Source: Candidatus Saccharimonadota bacterium
GTDB lineage: Bacteria; Bacteroidota; Bacteroidia; Flavobacteriales; Blattabacteriaceae
DNA length: 32,000 bases
Assembly: GCF_033370915.1 (NCBI RefSeq)
Contig: NZ_CP104096.1
Coordinates: 1 to 32,000, forward strand
Direction of reading: 5' to 3'
Shown: one piece after another, positions 8,130 to 18,156 of the stretch
Position numbering within the stretch: the stretch's first letter is position 1
Layout: every line of letters starts with the position of its first letter
Translations under genes and position numbers: made by a program
Notes under the pieces: generated by a model
What the model saw: the letters and a program-made list of their open reading frames with translations, nothing else
Told to the model about the DNA's origin: nothing
The model's database searches: none

Positions 8130-10748
8130 ATGCAATATAATTTTAAAAAAATAGAAGAAAAATGGAGAAAAATCCATAATAAAATTAATTTTTTAAAAAT
8201 TAATAAAAAAAAGAAAAAAAAATTTTATATACTTAATATGTTTCCTTATCCTTCAGGATATGGATTACATGTAGGACATACAGTAGGATATATATATTCA
8301 GATATAATTGCTAAATATAAATTAGGTAAAAATTATAATATATTAAATCCTATAGGTTTTGATTCTTTTGGTTTACCTGCAGAACAATATGCTATTAATA
8401 ATAATGAACATCCAATAAAAATAATAAAAAAATCAATAAAAAAATTTAAAAAACAAATTAAAAGATTAGGAGTTTTTTTTAATTGGGATAGAGAAATAAT
8501 AACTCATAATAGTAAATATTATAAATGGACACAGTGGATATTTATTAAATTATTTAATTCATGGTATGATAAAAATAATAATAAAGCTAGAAATATAAAA
8601 TATTTAATTAATAAAATTAAGAAAAATAAATTTTTTTTAAATAAAAAGTTAATAAAATTTAATGATGAAAATAAATTATTTAAATTTTTAAATAAATTTA
8701 GATTAATTTATTTAAAAAAAAGTTATGTAAATTGGTGTCCTAAATTATCTACTGTACTTTCTAATGAAGAAATAGATAATGGAAAAAGTATAAGAGGGGG
8801 TTATGATATTATTAAAAAAAAAATGTTACAATGGCATATAAGAATTACTAAATATTGTGATAGATTATTAAATGATTATAAGTATATTAAATGGCCTAAA
8901 AATATTAAAAAATCTCAAAAACAATGGATAGGAAAAAAAAAAGTAAATTATTTTTATTTAAAAAATAAAAAAAATAAATTTAAAATATATTGTTATAAAA
9001 AAAAAGATATTAATAAAATTAATAATATAATATTTGTTGCCCCTTCTTATAATACAGATATATTAATAAAAAATTATATAAAAGATAAAAATAAAATTAA
9101 AAAGATAATTAATTCTATTTATAATAATGAAAAAAAAAAAATTTTAATAAAAACAAATATATATAATAATAATAATAATAAAATAAATATATATATTAGT
9201 AATTATTTTATAAATAAAAGTTTAAATAATGTATATATAAATATAAATAATAAAGGAAATTTTTTTAAATTAAAAAATTATAAAATATTAAGTTTAGAAA
9301 AAGATTTTAATATAAAAGATATTAAAATAGATAATAAAAATATTAAGAAAAAATTTATTTTTAATTTAAAAGATATTGTATTTTCAAGACAAAGATATTG
9401 GGGAGAACCAATTCCAATATATTATAAAAATAATATTCCATATAATATAGATATAAAAAGTTTGCCATTAAAATTACCTTATATAAAAAATATTAATATT
9501 TTAAAATTAAAAGATTATGATAAATGGGCTTGGAATAATAAAAATAATAAAATTGTAAGTAAAAAATTAATAAATAAAAAAAAAAATATATATAAATTAG
9601 ATGTAAATACTATGCCTAGTGTTGCAGCATCAAATTGGTATTATATAAGATTTATAGATCCTTATAATAATAATACTATTGTAAATAGTAATAAAATAAA
9701 ATATTGGAAAAATGTAGATTTATATATTGGAGGTTCAGAACATACTAATGGACATTTATTATATTCTAGATTTTGTCATAAATTTTTGAAAGATATAAAA
9801 ATATTGAATACTAAAGAACCATTTAAAAATTTTATTAATCAAGGAATTATATTGTATTATTCTAATATTATTTATAAAATAAAAGATAAAAATATATTTG
9901 TTTCTTATGATATAATTAAAAAAAATAAATATATTAATATTCAAAAAATATATGTAATTAAAAAATATATAAATAATAAAAAATATTTAAATATAAATAA
10001 ATTTATAAAAAATTATAAAATATATAAAAATTTTAAATTTAAATTAAATAATAATAAAAAATTTATATGTAAAATAAAATTAGAAAAAATGTCTAAATCA
10101 AAATTTAATATAGTAAATCCTGATGAAATTATAAATAAATATGGAATTGATTGTTTTAGATTATATCAAGTTTTTATGGGACCTTTTAATAAAAAAAAAA
10201 TATGGAATGTAAATAATATAATAGGAATTTATAGATTTTTAAATAAAATTTGGAATTATATAATTAATAATAATTTTATTAATATTAAACCTAATTATGA
10301 AGAAAATAATATAATTAATAAATTAATATTAAAAATAAAAAATAATTTTAAAATTTTTAATTTAAATACTTCTATAAGTAATTTTATGATTACTTTAAAT
10401 AAATTAATAAATATTAAGTGTTATAATAAAATTATTATTAAAAAATTTATAATATTATTTTCATCATTTGCTCCTTATATATCAGAAGAAATTTGGTTTT
10501 TATTAGGTAATAAAAAAAGTATATTTTTTGAACAACAACCTGATTTAAATAAAAAATATTTAATAAAAAAAAATATTAAATATATAGTTATGATTAATAA
10601 TAGAAAAAAAATTATTATTTATATAAATAAAATTAATAATAATAAAAATTATTTAATTAATAAAATAATAAATAATAAAAATTTAAATATTAAAAATTAT
10701 AAAAAAATTATTTATATAAAAAATAGAATTATTAATTTTTTAATTTAA
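8130..10748 (+). CDS. leuS: Leucyl-tRNA synthetase (CP1 editing motifs apparently degenerate)
   Basis: 872 aa. Motifs: MFPYPSGYGLHVGH (HIGH), GFDSFGLPAEQYAI, VFSRQRYWGEPIP, GGSEHTNGHLLYSRF, KMSKSK. Confidence 0.95.
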   Translation: MQYNFKKIEEKWRKIHNKINFLKINKKKKKKFYILNMFPYPSGYGLHVGHTVGYIYSDIIAKYKLGKNYNILNPIGFDSFGLPAEQYAINNNEHPIKIIKKSIKKFKKQIKRLGVFFNWDREIITHNSKYYKWTQWIFIKLFNSWYDKNNNKARNIKYLINKIKKNKFFLNKKLIKFNDENKLFKFLNKFRLIYLKKSYVNWCPKLSTVLSNEEIDNGKSIRGGYDIIKKKMLQWHIRITKYCDRLLNDYKYIKWPKNIKKSQKQWIGKKKVNYFYLKNKKNKFKIYCYKKKDINKINNIIFVAPSYNTDILIKNYIKDKNKIKKIINSIYNNEKKKILIKTNIYNNNNNKINIYISNYFINKSLNNVYININNKGNFFKLKNYKILSLEKDFNIKDIKIDNKNIKKKFIFNLKDIVFSRQRYWGEPIPIYYKNNIPYNIDIKSLPLKLPYIKNINILKLKDYDKWAWNNKNNKIVSKKLINKKKNIYKLDVNTMPSVAASNWYYIRFIDPYNNNTIVNSNKIKYWKNVDLYIGGSEHTNGHLLYSRFCHKFLKDIKILNTKEPFKNFINQGIILYYSNIIYKIKDKNIFVSYDIIKKNKYINIQKIYVIKKYINNKKYLNINKFIKNYKIYKNFKFKLNNNKKFICKIKLEKMSKSKFNIVNPDEIINKYGIDCFRLYQVFMGPFNKKKIWNVNNIIGIYRFLNKIWNYIINNNFINIKPNYEENNIINKLILKIKNNFKIFNLNTSISNFMITLNKLINIKCYNKIIIKKFIILFSSFAPYISEEIWFLLGNKKSIFFEQQPDLNKKYLIKKNIKYIVMINNRKKIIIYINKINNNKNYLINKIINNKNLNIKNYKKIIYIKNRIINFLI

Positions 10749-11244
10749 GTTTAGTTTTAATTATCATAATGTGACATATTACAATACTTAAACTATCTAT
10801 ATAATCATAATTTTTATTATAATTTAATTTTTTATTTAAAATATTTTCTAATATATTTTTTATTTTTTTTTTAGAACAATTTCCATCTCCTGAAATTATA
10901 TATTTTATAGTTTTTGGTGAATATTCTATAAAAGGAATATTATAATATATAAATAATAATAAAATTGTTGTTTGTAATTGAATTAAATTTCTCATAGTTT
11001 TTACATTTTTTCCTAAAAATATTGATTCTATAACTAAAAAAGTAGGATTATATAATTTTATTATTTTTTTTATTTTTAAATAAATTGTAATTAATTTTAA
11101 ATATATATTTTTTATATTAGATAATTTAATATCTTTTAATAATATTATAAATATTTTATTATGATAAAATTCTATTACAGATAAACCTATATTATTTAAT
11201 CCTGGATCTATTCCAATAATAATATTCTTTTTATTGATATTCAT
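10732..11244 (-). CDS. ruvC: Holliday junction resolvase RuvC
   Basis: 170 aa. IIIGIDPGLNNIGLSVIE (catalytic Asp region), LVIESIF, YSPKTIKYIISGDGNCSKKKI, DYIDSLSIVICH. Confidence 0.85.
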   Translation of the reverse strand: MNINKKNIIIGIDPGLNNIGLSVIEFYHNKIFIILLKDIKLSNIKNIYLKLITIYLKIKKIIKLYNPTFLVIESIFLGKNVKTMRNLIQLQTTILLLFIYYNIPFIEYSPKTIKYIISGDGNCSKKKIKNILENILNKKLNYNKNYDYIDSLSIVICHIMIIKTKLKLKN

Positions 11245-11268
11245 TATAATAATAATTAAATTTAATAT

Positions 11269-13566
11269 ATGAAAATATTTAAGAAATACAAATATTATAA
11301 AAAGAAAATTAAAAAAATTAATAAAAAAATTTGTAATATTATTTCTATTAAATATAATGTATTATTTCCAGGCTTAATATTAATGATTAATTTAAATAAT
11401 AAAAATATTATTAATAAAATAAATAATTTATATAAAAAAAAAAAATTAATAGGAGTAATTACAAAAAATAATAAATTAAAAAATAAAATATATAAAGTAG
11501 GTACTGTAGGAAAAATATTAAAAATTATAAATTTAAATAATAAATTAATAATTATAATAAAAGGTAAATATAGATTTAAAATTAGAAATAATTTATACAA
11601 TTATAATAACAAATATTTTAAAGCTATAATAAAAAAAATAAAATCTTATAAATGTAGTAATAAAAAATATTTAATATTATTTTATATAATTAAAAATTTA
11701 ATAATAAAAATAATTAAAATAAATGATATTTTAAATAATAAATTAATTAATACTGTATATGAGATTAAAAATATAATACATTTAACAAATTTTATAAATA
11801 TAAATTTAAAATTAAATTATAAAAAAAAACAAAAAATATTAGAAGAAAATAATATTATAAAAAGATTATATAAATTATTAATCAATTTAAAAATAGAATA
11901 TAAAAAAATTTTATTATTTAATAAATTTAAATATAAAATAAATAATAAATTAAAACCTAAAATTAATAATTTTGATTTTTATGAAGATAATATATTAAAA
12001 TCATTATTAAAATTATATAAAAAAAAAAAACATAAATTATCAAAAAAAGTTAAAAAATTTTTTTTAGTTGAATATTATAAACTTAAATTATTAAATTATC
12101 AATTACCAGAATATTCAATTAATATAAATTATTTAAAGTTTTTTATTTCATTACCTTGGTATAAGTATACTAAAGATAATTATAATTTATTAAGAGCTAA
12201 ATTTTTATTAAATAAATTTCATTATGGTTTAAAAGATATAAAAAATAGAATATTAGAATATTTAGCTATTTATAAATTAAAAAAAGGTAATGTAAAATCT
12301 CCAATAATATGTTTATATGGTCCTCCAGGTGTAGGAAAAACATCATTAGGAATATCTATAGCTAAAGTATTAAATAGAAAATATGTAAGAATATCTTTAG
12401 GAGGTTTACATGATGAATCTGAATTAAGAGGCCATAGAAAAACTTATATAGGAGCAAGACCAGGTAGAATATTACAAAATATAAAATTAGCTAATAGTTC
12501 AAATCCAGTTTTTGTATTAGATGAAATAGATAAAATAAGTGTAGGATATAATGGAAATCCCTCATCAGCAATGTTAGAAATTTTAGATCCTGAACAAAAT
12601 AAAAATTTTTATGATAATTATTTAGAAATTGGATATGATCTATCAAAAGTTTTATTTATAGCTACTGCAAATAATATTAATAATATAAATGATGCATTAT
12701 TAGATAGAATGGAAATAATTAATATTAATGGATATGTAGTAGAAGAAAAAATTAAAATAGCAAAAAAATATATAATTCCACAACTAATAAGACAAAATGG
12801 AATAAAAAATAAAATTAAAATTAATGATAAAATATTAAATAATATTATTTTAAATTATACTTATGAATGTGGTATAAGAAAACTTAAAGAATGTATAGAT
12901 AAAATTATACGTTATATAGCTAAATATTTAGTTATGAAAAATATAATAATTTCTAAAATAGATAATAAATTATTAGTTAAAATTTTAGGATATTCAAAAT
13001 TACATAAAACATATGAAAAAATTAATATTCCAGGGGTATGTGTAGGATTAGCTTGGACTAATAATGGAGGTGAAATATTATATATAGAAACCAATTTAAT
13101 TAAAGGTAAAGGATTATTAAGTATTACAGGTAATGTAGGTAAAATAATGAAAGAATCAGTTATTATAGCAATGAAATATATAAAAGCTAATTATAAAATA
13201 TATAATATAAATTATAAATTATTAACTAATTATGATGTTCATTTACATATTCCTGAAGGTTCAATACCTAAAGATGGACCCTCAGCCGGAATAACAATAT
13301 TTACTGCATTATTTTCATTATATACTAATAAAATAATAAAACATTATACAGCAATGACAGGGGAAATAACTTTAAGTGGAAAAATATTAGAAGTAGGTGG
13401 TATAAAATATAAAGTATTAGGAGCTAAAAGATCATTAATAAAAAATATAATATTACCAAAAAATAATAAAAATGATGTAAAAGAAATAAATAAAAAAATA
13501 TTAAATAATATTAAAATATTTTATGTAAATAAATTAGAAGATATAATAAAAATAGCATTTAAATAA
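11269..13566 (+). CDS. lon: ATP-dependent Lon protease
   Basis: 765 aa. Walker A LYGPPGVGKTSLG, Walker B VFVLDEIDK, catalytic Ser context PKDGPSAGITIFTAL, Lys context GGIKYKVLGAKRS. Confidence 0.95.
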   Translation: MKIFKKYKYYKKKIKKINKKICNIISIKYNVLFPGLILMINLNNKNIINKINNLYKKKKLIGVITKNNKLKNKIYKVGTVGKILKIINLNNKLIIIIKGKYRFKIRNNLYNYNNKYFKAIIKKIKSYKCSNKKYLILFYIIKNLIIKIIKINDILNNKLINTVYEIKNIIHLTNFININLKLNYKKKQKILEENNIIKRLYKLLINLKIEYKKILLFNKFKYKINNKLKPKINNFDFYEDNILKSLLKLYKKKKHKLSKKVKKFFLVEYYKLKLLNYQLPEYSININYLKFFISLPWYKYTKDNYNLLRAKFLLNKFHYGLKDIKNRILEYLAIYKLKKGNVKSPIICLYGPPGVGKTSLGISIAKVLNRKYVRISLGGLHDESELRGHRKTYIGARPGRILQNIKLANSSNPVFVLDEIDKISVGYNGNPSSAMLEILDPEQNKNFYDNYLEIGYDLSKVLFIATANNINNINDALLDRMEIININGYVVEEKIKIAKKYIIPQLIRQNGIKNKIKINDKILNNIILNYTYECGIRKLKECIDKIIRYIAKYLVMKNIIISKIDNKLLVKILGYSKLHKTYEKINIPGVCVGLAWTNNGGEILYIETNLIKGKGLLSITGNVGKIMKESVIIAMKYIKANYKIYNINYKLLTNYDVHLHIPEGSIPKDGPSAGITIFTALFSLYTNKIIKHYTAMTGEITLSGKILEVGGIKYKVLGAKRSLIKNIILPKNNKNDVKEINKKILNNIKIFYVNKLEDIIKIAFK

Positions 13567-13569
13567 ATT

Positions 13570-15237
13570 ATGAAATATATTATTACTGCAGCTTTTCCTT
13601 ATACTAATGGTTATATACATATAGGTCATTTGTCAGGTGTATATATACCTAGTGATATATATTATAGATATTTAAAAATAAATAATAATAATAAAGTAAT
13701 ATTTATTTCAGGTTCTGATGAACATGGATCATCAATATTAATAAAATCATTAAAGGAAAAAAAAAATATTAAAAGTATAATAAATAAATATCATAATTAT
13801 AATAAAAAATATTTAAAAAAATTTAATATTAAATTAAATAATTATTATAGAACTACCAATAAAAACCATCATAATTTAGTAAAAATAATATTTAAAAAAT
13901 TATTTTTAAAAAAAATGTTAAAAAAAAAAATAAGTTATGAATATTATGATAATTATTATAAACAATTTTTATCTGATAGATATGTTATAGGTTTATGTCC
14001 TTATTGTAATTATAAATATTCTTATTCAGATCAATGTGAAAAATGTGGAAATATTATAAAAGAAGGAAAATTATTAAATCCAATTTCAATTTTAAGTAAA
14101 AAAAAACCTATTTTAAAAAAAACTATTAATTTTTTTATAAATATTAAAAAAAATAAAAAATTAATAAAAAAATTTTTAAAATTTTTAATAAAAAATAAAA
14201 ATAATAAAATTAATGTAATAAATAATATAAAATATTATTTAAATAATTTAAAAAATAGATCAATTACTAGAGATTTAAAATGGGGAGTTAAATTACCAAT
14301 TAATAAATATAAAAATAAAGTAATATATGTATGGTTTGAGGCTTTAATAGGATATTTATCATCAAGTATAGAATATTGTAAAAAAAAAAAAATAAAATGG
14401 TATAAATATTGGAAAAATAAAAATACTAAATTAATTACTTTTATTGGTAAAGATAATATTTATTTTCATTGTATATTATTACCTATAATATATAAAAATT
14501 ATAATAATAAATTAATTATTCCTAATTATATAAACTCAAATAATTTTTTAAAATTAGAAGGAAAAAAAATATCTACTTCTAAAAATTGGACAATTAATTT
14601 ACATGAGATATTAAATATTTTACCTAATATGCAAGATTCTATAAGATATGCATTAATAATGGATATGCCAGAAAATAAAGATACAAATTTTACACTTAAA
14701 AAATTTAAATTATATAATAATTCAATATTAATAGGTATATTAGGAAATTTTATTAATAGATCAATAGTTTTATTAAATAAAAAAAATAATGGACTAATAT
14801 TAAAACCATTAAAAATAAATATAAAATATAAAAAAATTATTAACATAATTAATAAATATCCAATTAAAATTTATAAATTAATTAAAAAATTTAAATTTAG
14901 AGATGCAATATGTAAATTTATTAATTTATCTAGAATAGGAAATAAATTATTATCATATAAAAAACCATGGAGTATAAAAGATATAAATAAATTTAATGAT
15001 ATAATGTATATAGTATTTAAAATTATTATAATGATAACATATTTATCATATATATTTTTACCTAATACCAATAAAAAATTATTAAATATTTTAAATTTAA
15101 ATAGAAAAAATATAAATAAAATAATATTAAATAAAAAAGATATTAATAAACATAAAATTAATAAAAATAAAATTATATTTAATAAAATTTATAATAAAGA
15201 TATTAATAAAATAATTAGTATTATAAAAAATAGATAA
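13570..15237 (+). CDS. metG: Methionyl-tRNA synthetase (no C-terminal tRNA-binding appendage visible)
   Basis: 555 aa. AFPYTNGYIHIGHL (HIGH), zinc knuckle CPYCNYKYSYSDQCEKCG, VWFEALIGYLSS, KISTSK (KMSKS equivalent). Confidence 0.92.
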   Translation: MKYIITAAFPYTNGYIHIGHLSGVYIPSDIYYRYLKINNNNKVIFISGSDEHGSSILIKSLKEKKNIKSIINKYHNYNKKYLKKFNIKLNNYYRTTNKNHHNLVKIIFKKLFLKKMLKKKISYEYYDNYYKQFLSDRYVIGLCPYCNYKYSYSDQCEKCGNIIKEGKLLNPISILSKKKPILKKTINFFINIKKNKKLIKKFLKFLIKNKNNKINVINNIKYYLNNLKNRSITRDLKWGVKLPINKYKNKVIYVWFEALIGYLSSSIEYCKKKKIKWYKYWKNKNTKLITFIGKDNIYFHCILLPIIYKNYNNKLIIPNYINSNNFLKLEGKKISTSKNWTINLHEILNILPNMQDSIRYALIMDMPENKDTNFTLKKFKLYNNSILIGILGNFINRSIVLLNKKNNGLILKPLKINIKYKKIINIINKYPIKIYKLIKKFKFRDAICKFINLSRIGNKLLSYKKPWSIKDINKFNDIMYIVFKIIIMITYLSYIFLPNTNKKLLNILNLNRKNINKIILNKKDINKHKINKNKIIFNKIYNKDINKIISIIKNR

Positions 15238-16026
15238 ATGAAAATTAAAAAATATTATAGTCAAAATTTTTTAATTAATAAATATTATATAATAAAAATA
15301 GTAAATTTTTTAAAAAATAGTAAAAAAAAATATGATTGTATTTTAGAAATTGGTGCAGGAATTGGAAATTTAAGTAAAGAATTAATAAAAAAAAATAAAA
15401 ATAATATTATATTTATTGAAATTGATAAAGATTTATTTAAAAAATTAAAAAATAAATTTAAAGGATATAAAATAATTAATATTAATATTTTAAATTGTAA
15501 TTTAAAAAAATTAGGTTATAAAAAATATTATATAATAGGTAATTTTCCATATAATATATCAAGTAAATTAATATTATGGATAATAAAAAATAAAAAATAT
15601 ATAGTTGAATGTATTGGTATGTTTCAAAAAGAATTTGTTAATAGTATATTAAGTATTAATAATAAATTTAAAACTAAATTATCAATTTACATAAATTTAT
15701 ATTTTAAAGTAATTAAATTATTTAATATTAAAAATAAAAATTTTTTTCCTATTCCAAAAGTTAATTCAACTGTTATAAAGTTAAATAAAATAAAAAATAA
15801 TTTATTAAAAAAAAATAATATAAATGAAAAAAAATTTTTTTTATTTATAAAAGAATGTTTTAAATATAAAAGAAAAATAATAAAAAATTCATTATTTTAT
15901 TTTTTTAATAAAAAAAATAATTATAATCAATTATTTTTTAAAAGAATTGACGAATTAAATATATATGAAATAATAAAATTATATAAAATTATTAATAAAA
16001 ATGAAATTAAAAAAAAAAAAATATAA
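15238..16026 (+). CDS. rsmA: 16S rRNA (adenine1518/1519-N6)-dimethyltransferase
   Basis: 262 aa. YSQNFLINKYYI, SAM motif ILEIGAGIGNLSKEL, GNFPYNISS. Confidence 0.88.
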   Translation: MKIKKYYSQNFLINKYYIIKIVNFLKNSKKKYDCILEIGAGIGNLSKELIKKNKNNIIFIEIDKDLFKKLKNKFKGYKIININILNCNLKKLGYKKYYIIGNFPYNISSKLILWIIKNKKYIVECIGMFQKEFVNSILSINNKFKTKLSIYINLYFKVIKLFNIKNKNFFPIPKVNSTVIKLNKIKNNLLKKNNINEKKFFLFIKECFKYKRKIIKNSLFYFFNKKNNYNQLFFKRIDELNIYEIIKLYKIINKNEIKKKKI

Positions 16027-17398
16027 ATATGGATTTTATACTAATATAAAATCTAATACGTTATCAATAGGTATAAATAAAAATATTATTAAAAAAATAT
16101 CTAAATTAAAAAATGAACCAAAATGGATGACAAAATGGAGATTAAAATCATTTAAATATTGGAAAAAATTAAAATATCCTAAATGGTCTAATTTAAATTA
16201 TAAAAAAATAAATTTTAATTTAATTAGTTATTTTTCAGAAATAATAAAAAAAAATAATAAATTAGATAAAAAAATTATAAATACTTTTGAAAAATTAGGA
16301 GTACCTATTAAGAATAATAATAAAAAAATTTCTATTGATTTTATTTTTGATTCTACTAGTATAACAACAACTTATAAAAAAATATTAAATAAATATGGGA
16401 TTATATTTTGTTCAATAAATGAAGCAATTAATAAATATAGTAATTTAATTAAAAAATATATGGGTACTGTTGTATCTTATAAAGATAATTATTATGCATC
16501 ATTAAATTCAGCTGTATTTTCTGATGGTTCATTTTGTTATATTCCTAAAGGAGTAAAATGTCCAATAGAATTATCTACTTATTTTAGAATAAATAATAGT
16601 TTAATTGGTCAATTTGAAAGAACATTAATAATAGTTGATGATGGTGGTTCAGTAAGTTATTTAGAAGGTTGTACAGCACCTATTAGAAAAAATAATCAAT
16701 TACATGGCGCAGTAGTAGAATTAATTGCATTAAATAATGCTAAAATAAAATATTCAACAGTACAAAATTGGTATCAAGGGGATAAAAAAGGTAAAGGAGG
16801 AATATATAATTTTGTAACAAAAAGAGGAATATGTAATAATAATTCAAAAATTACATGGATTCAATTAGAAACTGGTTCATTATTAACTTGGAAATATCCA
16901 TCATGTATTTTAAAAGGTGATAATTCAATTGGTGAATTTAGATCAGTATCATTAACTAATAATTATCAACAAATAGATACAGGTACTAAAATGATACATA
17001 TAGGAAATAATACAAAAAGTATAATAATATCTAAAAGTATATGTATGGATAATTCAATAAATACATATAGAGGTTTAGTTAAAATAAATAATAATTCAAA
17101 AAATTCAAATAATTATACTCAATGTGATTCTTTATTAATAGGTAATAAATGTAGTACTCATACTTTACCATATATAATATCTACTAATTCGTCAGCTAAA
17201 ATAGAACATGAATCTACTATATCAAATATAGAAGAAGAACAAATATATTATTGTAATCAAAGAGGAATTAATAATGAAAATGCAATGTCTATAATAGTTA
17301 ATGGTTTTAGTATGGAAATAATAAAAGAATTACCTTTAGAATTTGCATTAGAAGCAAAAGAATTATTAAATATAAAGTTAAATAATACTGTAGGATAA
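16001..17398 (+). CDS. sufB: Fe-S cluster assembly protein SufB
   Basis: 465 aa. YKYGFYTNIKS, EPKWMTKWRLKSFKYW, GSVSYLEGCTAP, VQNWY, a C-terminal SufB/D fold region. The 5' end overlaps rsmA by 26 nt. Confidence 0.93.
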   Translation: MKLKKKKYKYGFYTNIKSNTLSIGINKNIIKKISKLKNEPKWMTKWRLKSFKYWKKLKYPKWSNLNYKKINFNLISYFSEIIKKNNKLDKKIINTFEKLGVPIKNNNKKISIDFIFDSTSITTTYKKILNKYGIIFCSINEAINKYSNLIKKYMGTVVSYKDNYYASLNSAVFSDGSFCYIPKGVKCPIELSTYFRINNSLIGQFERTLIIVDDGGSVSYLEGCTAPIRKNNQLHGAVVELIALNNAKIKYSTVQNWYQGDKKGKGGIYNFVTKRGICNNNSKITWIQLETGSLLTWKYPSCILKGDNSIGEFRSVSLTNNYQQIDTGTKMIHIGNNTKSIIISKSICMDNSINTYRGLVKINNNSKNSNNYTQCDSLLIGNKCSTHTLPYIISTNSSAKIEHESTISNIEEEQIYYCNQRGINNENAMSIIVNGFSMEIIKELPLEFALEAKELLNIKLNNTVG

Positions 17399-17415
17399 TA
17401 ATATAATAATAATAT

Positions 17416-18156
17416 ATGTTAGAAATTAAAAATTTATATGTAAAAATAAAAAATAATTTAATTATTAAAGGATTAAATTTAAAAATTAAAAAAAATGAAA
17501 TACATGTTATTATGGGACCAAATGGATCAGGTAAAAGTACATTATCATATATAATTTCAGGTAAACCTAAATATATAATAGATAAAGGAAAAATATTATT
17601 TAATAAAAAATTAATTAATAATTTATCACCTTATGAAATATCTAAATTAGGAATATTTTTATCTTTTCAATATCCAATAGAAATTAATGGGATAACAATG
17701 TATATATTTTTAAAAAATATATTAAAAAATAAATATAAGAATAAAGTATTATTTAAAAAAATATATAAAGTATGTAAAAAATTAAATATTAATAAAAATA
17801 ATTTATATCGTTATTTTAATGTAGGTTTTTCAGGAGGTGAAAAGAAAAAAAATGAAATATTACAAATGTTATTATTAAAACCTAAATTAGTAATATTAGA
17901 TGAAATTGATTCTGGTTTAGATATAGATACATTAAATTTAATATTTAAAAATATTAATAAATATAAAAAAAAATATAAATGTTCATTAATAATAATTACA
18001 CATAATACAAATATTGTAAAATATATTAATCCAAATTATGTACATATATTGTATAATGGGAAAATAATAAAAAGTAGTAATAAAAATATAATATACAATA
18101 TTGATAAATATGGATATAAAAAAATAATAAAAAATGAAAATAAAAAAAATAATTAA
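17416..18156 (+). CDS. sufC: Fe-S cluster assembly ATPase SufC
   Basis: 246 aa. Walker A GPNGSGKSTL, ABC signature FSGGEKKKNEILQ, Walker B LVILDEIDSGLD. Confidence 0.93.
   Translation: MLEIKNLYVKIKNNLIIKGLNLKIKKNEIHVIMGPNGSGKSTLSYIISGKPKYIIDKGKILFNKKLINNLSPYEISKLGIFLSFQYPIEINGITMYIFLKNILKNKYKNKVLFKKIYKVCKKLNINKNNLYRYFNVGFSGGEKKKNEILQMLLLKPKLVILDEIDSGLDIDTLNLIFKNINKYKKKYKCSLIIITHNTNIVKYINPNYVHILYNGKIIKSSNKNIIYNIDKYGYKKIIKNENKKNN

Noticed and set aside
8122-8131. On the minus strand, TTATTTTG is a near-match to the Bacteroidota -7 promoter motif TAnnTTTG, about 40 nt upstream of tRNA-Thr
   Set aside because: It is one T short of the consensus and overlaps the leuS start codon. Such strings are abundant by chance in about 100% A/T spacer, so it is not supportable as a promoter call.
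9759-15071. Minus-strand ORFs 9759..9944, 11295..11600, 12912..13094, 14526..14846 and 14871..15071, antisense to leuS, lon and metG
   Set aside because: Same shadow-ORF signature: hydrophobic low-complexity translation, no conserved motifs, and complete containment in conserved genes on the other strand.
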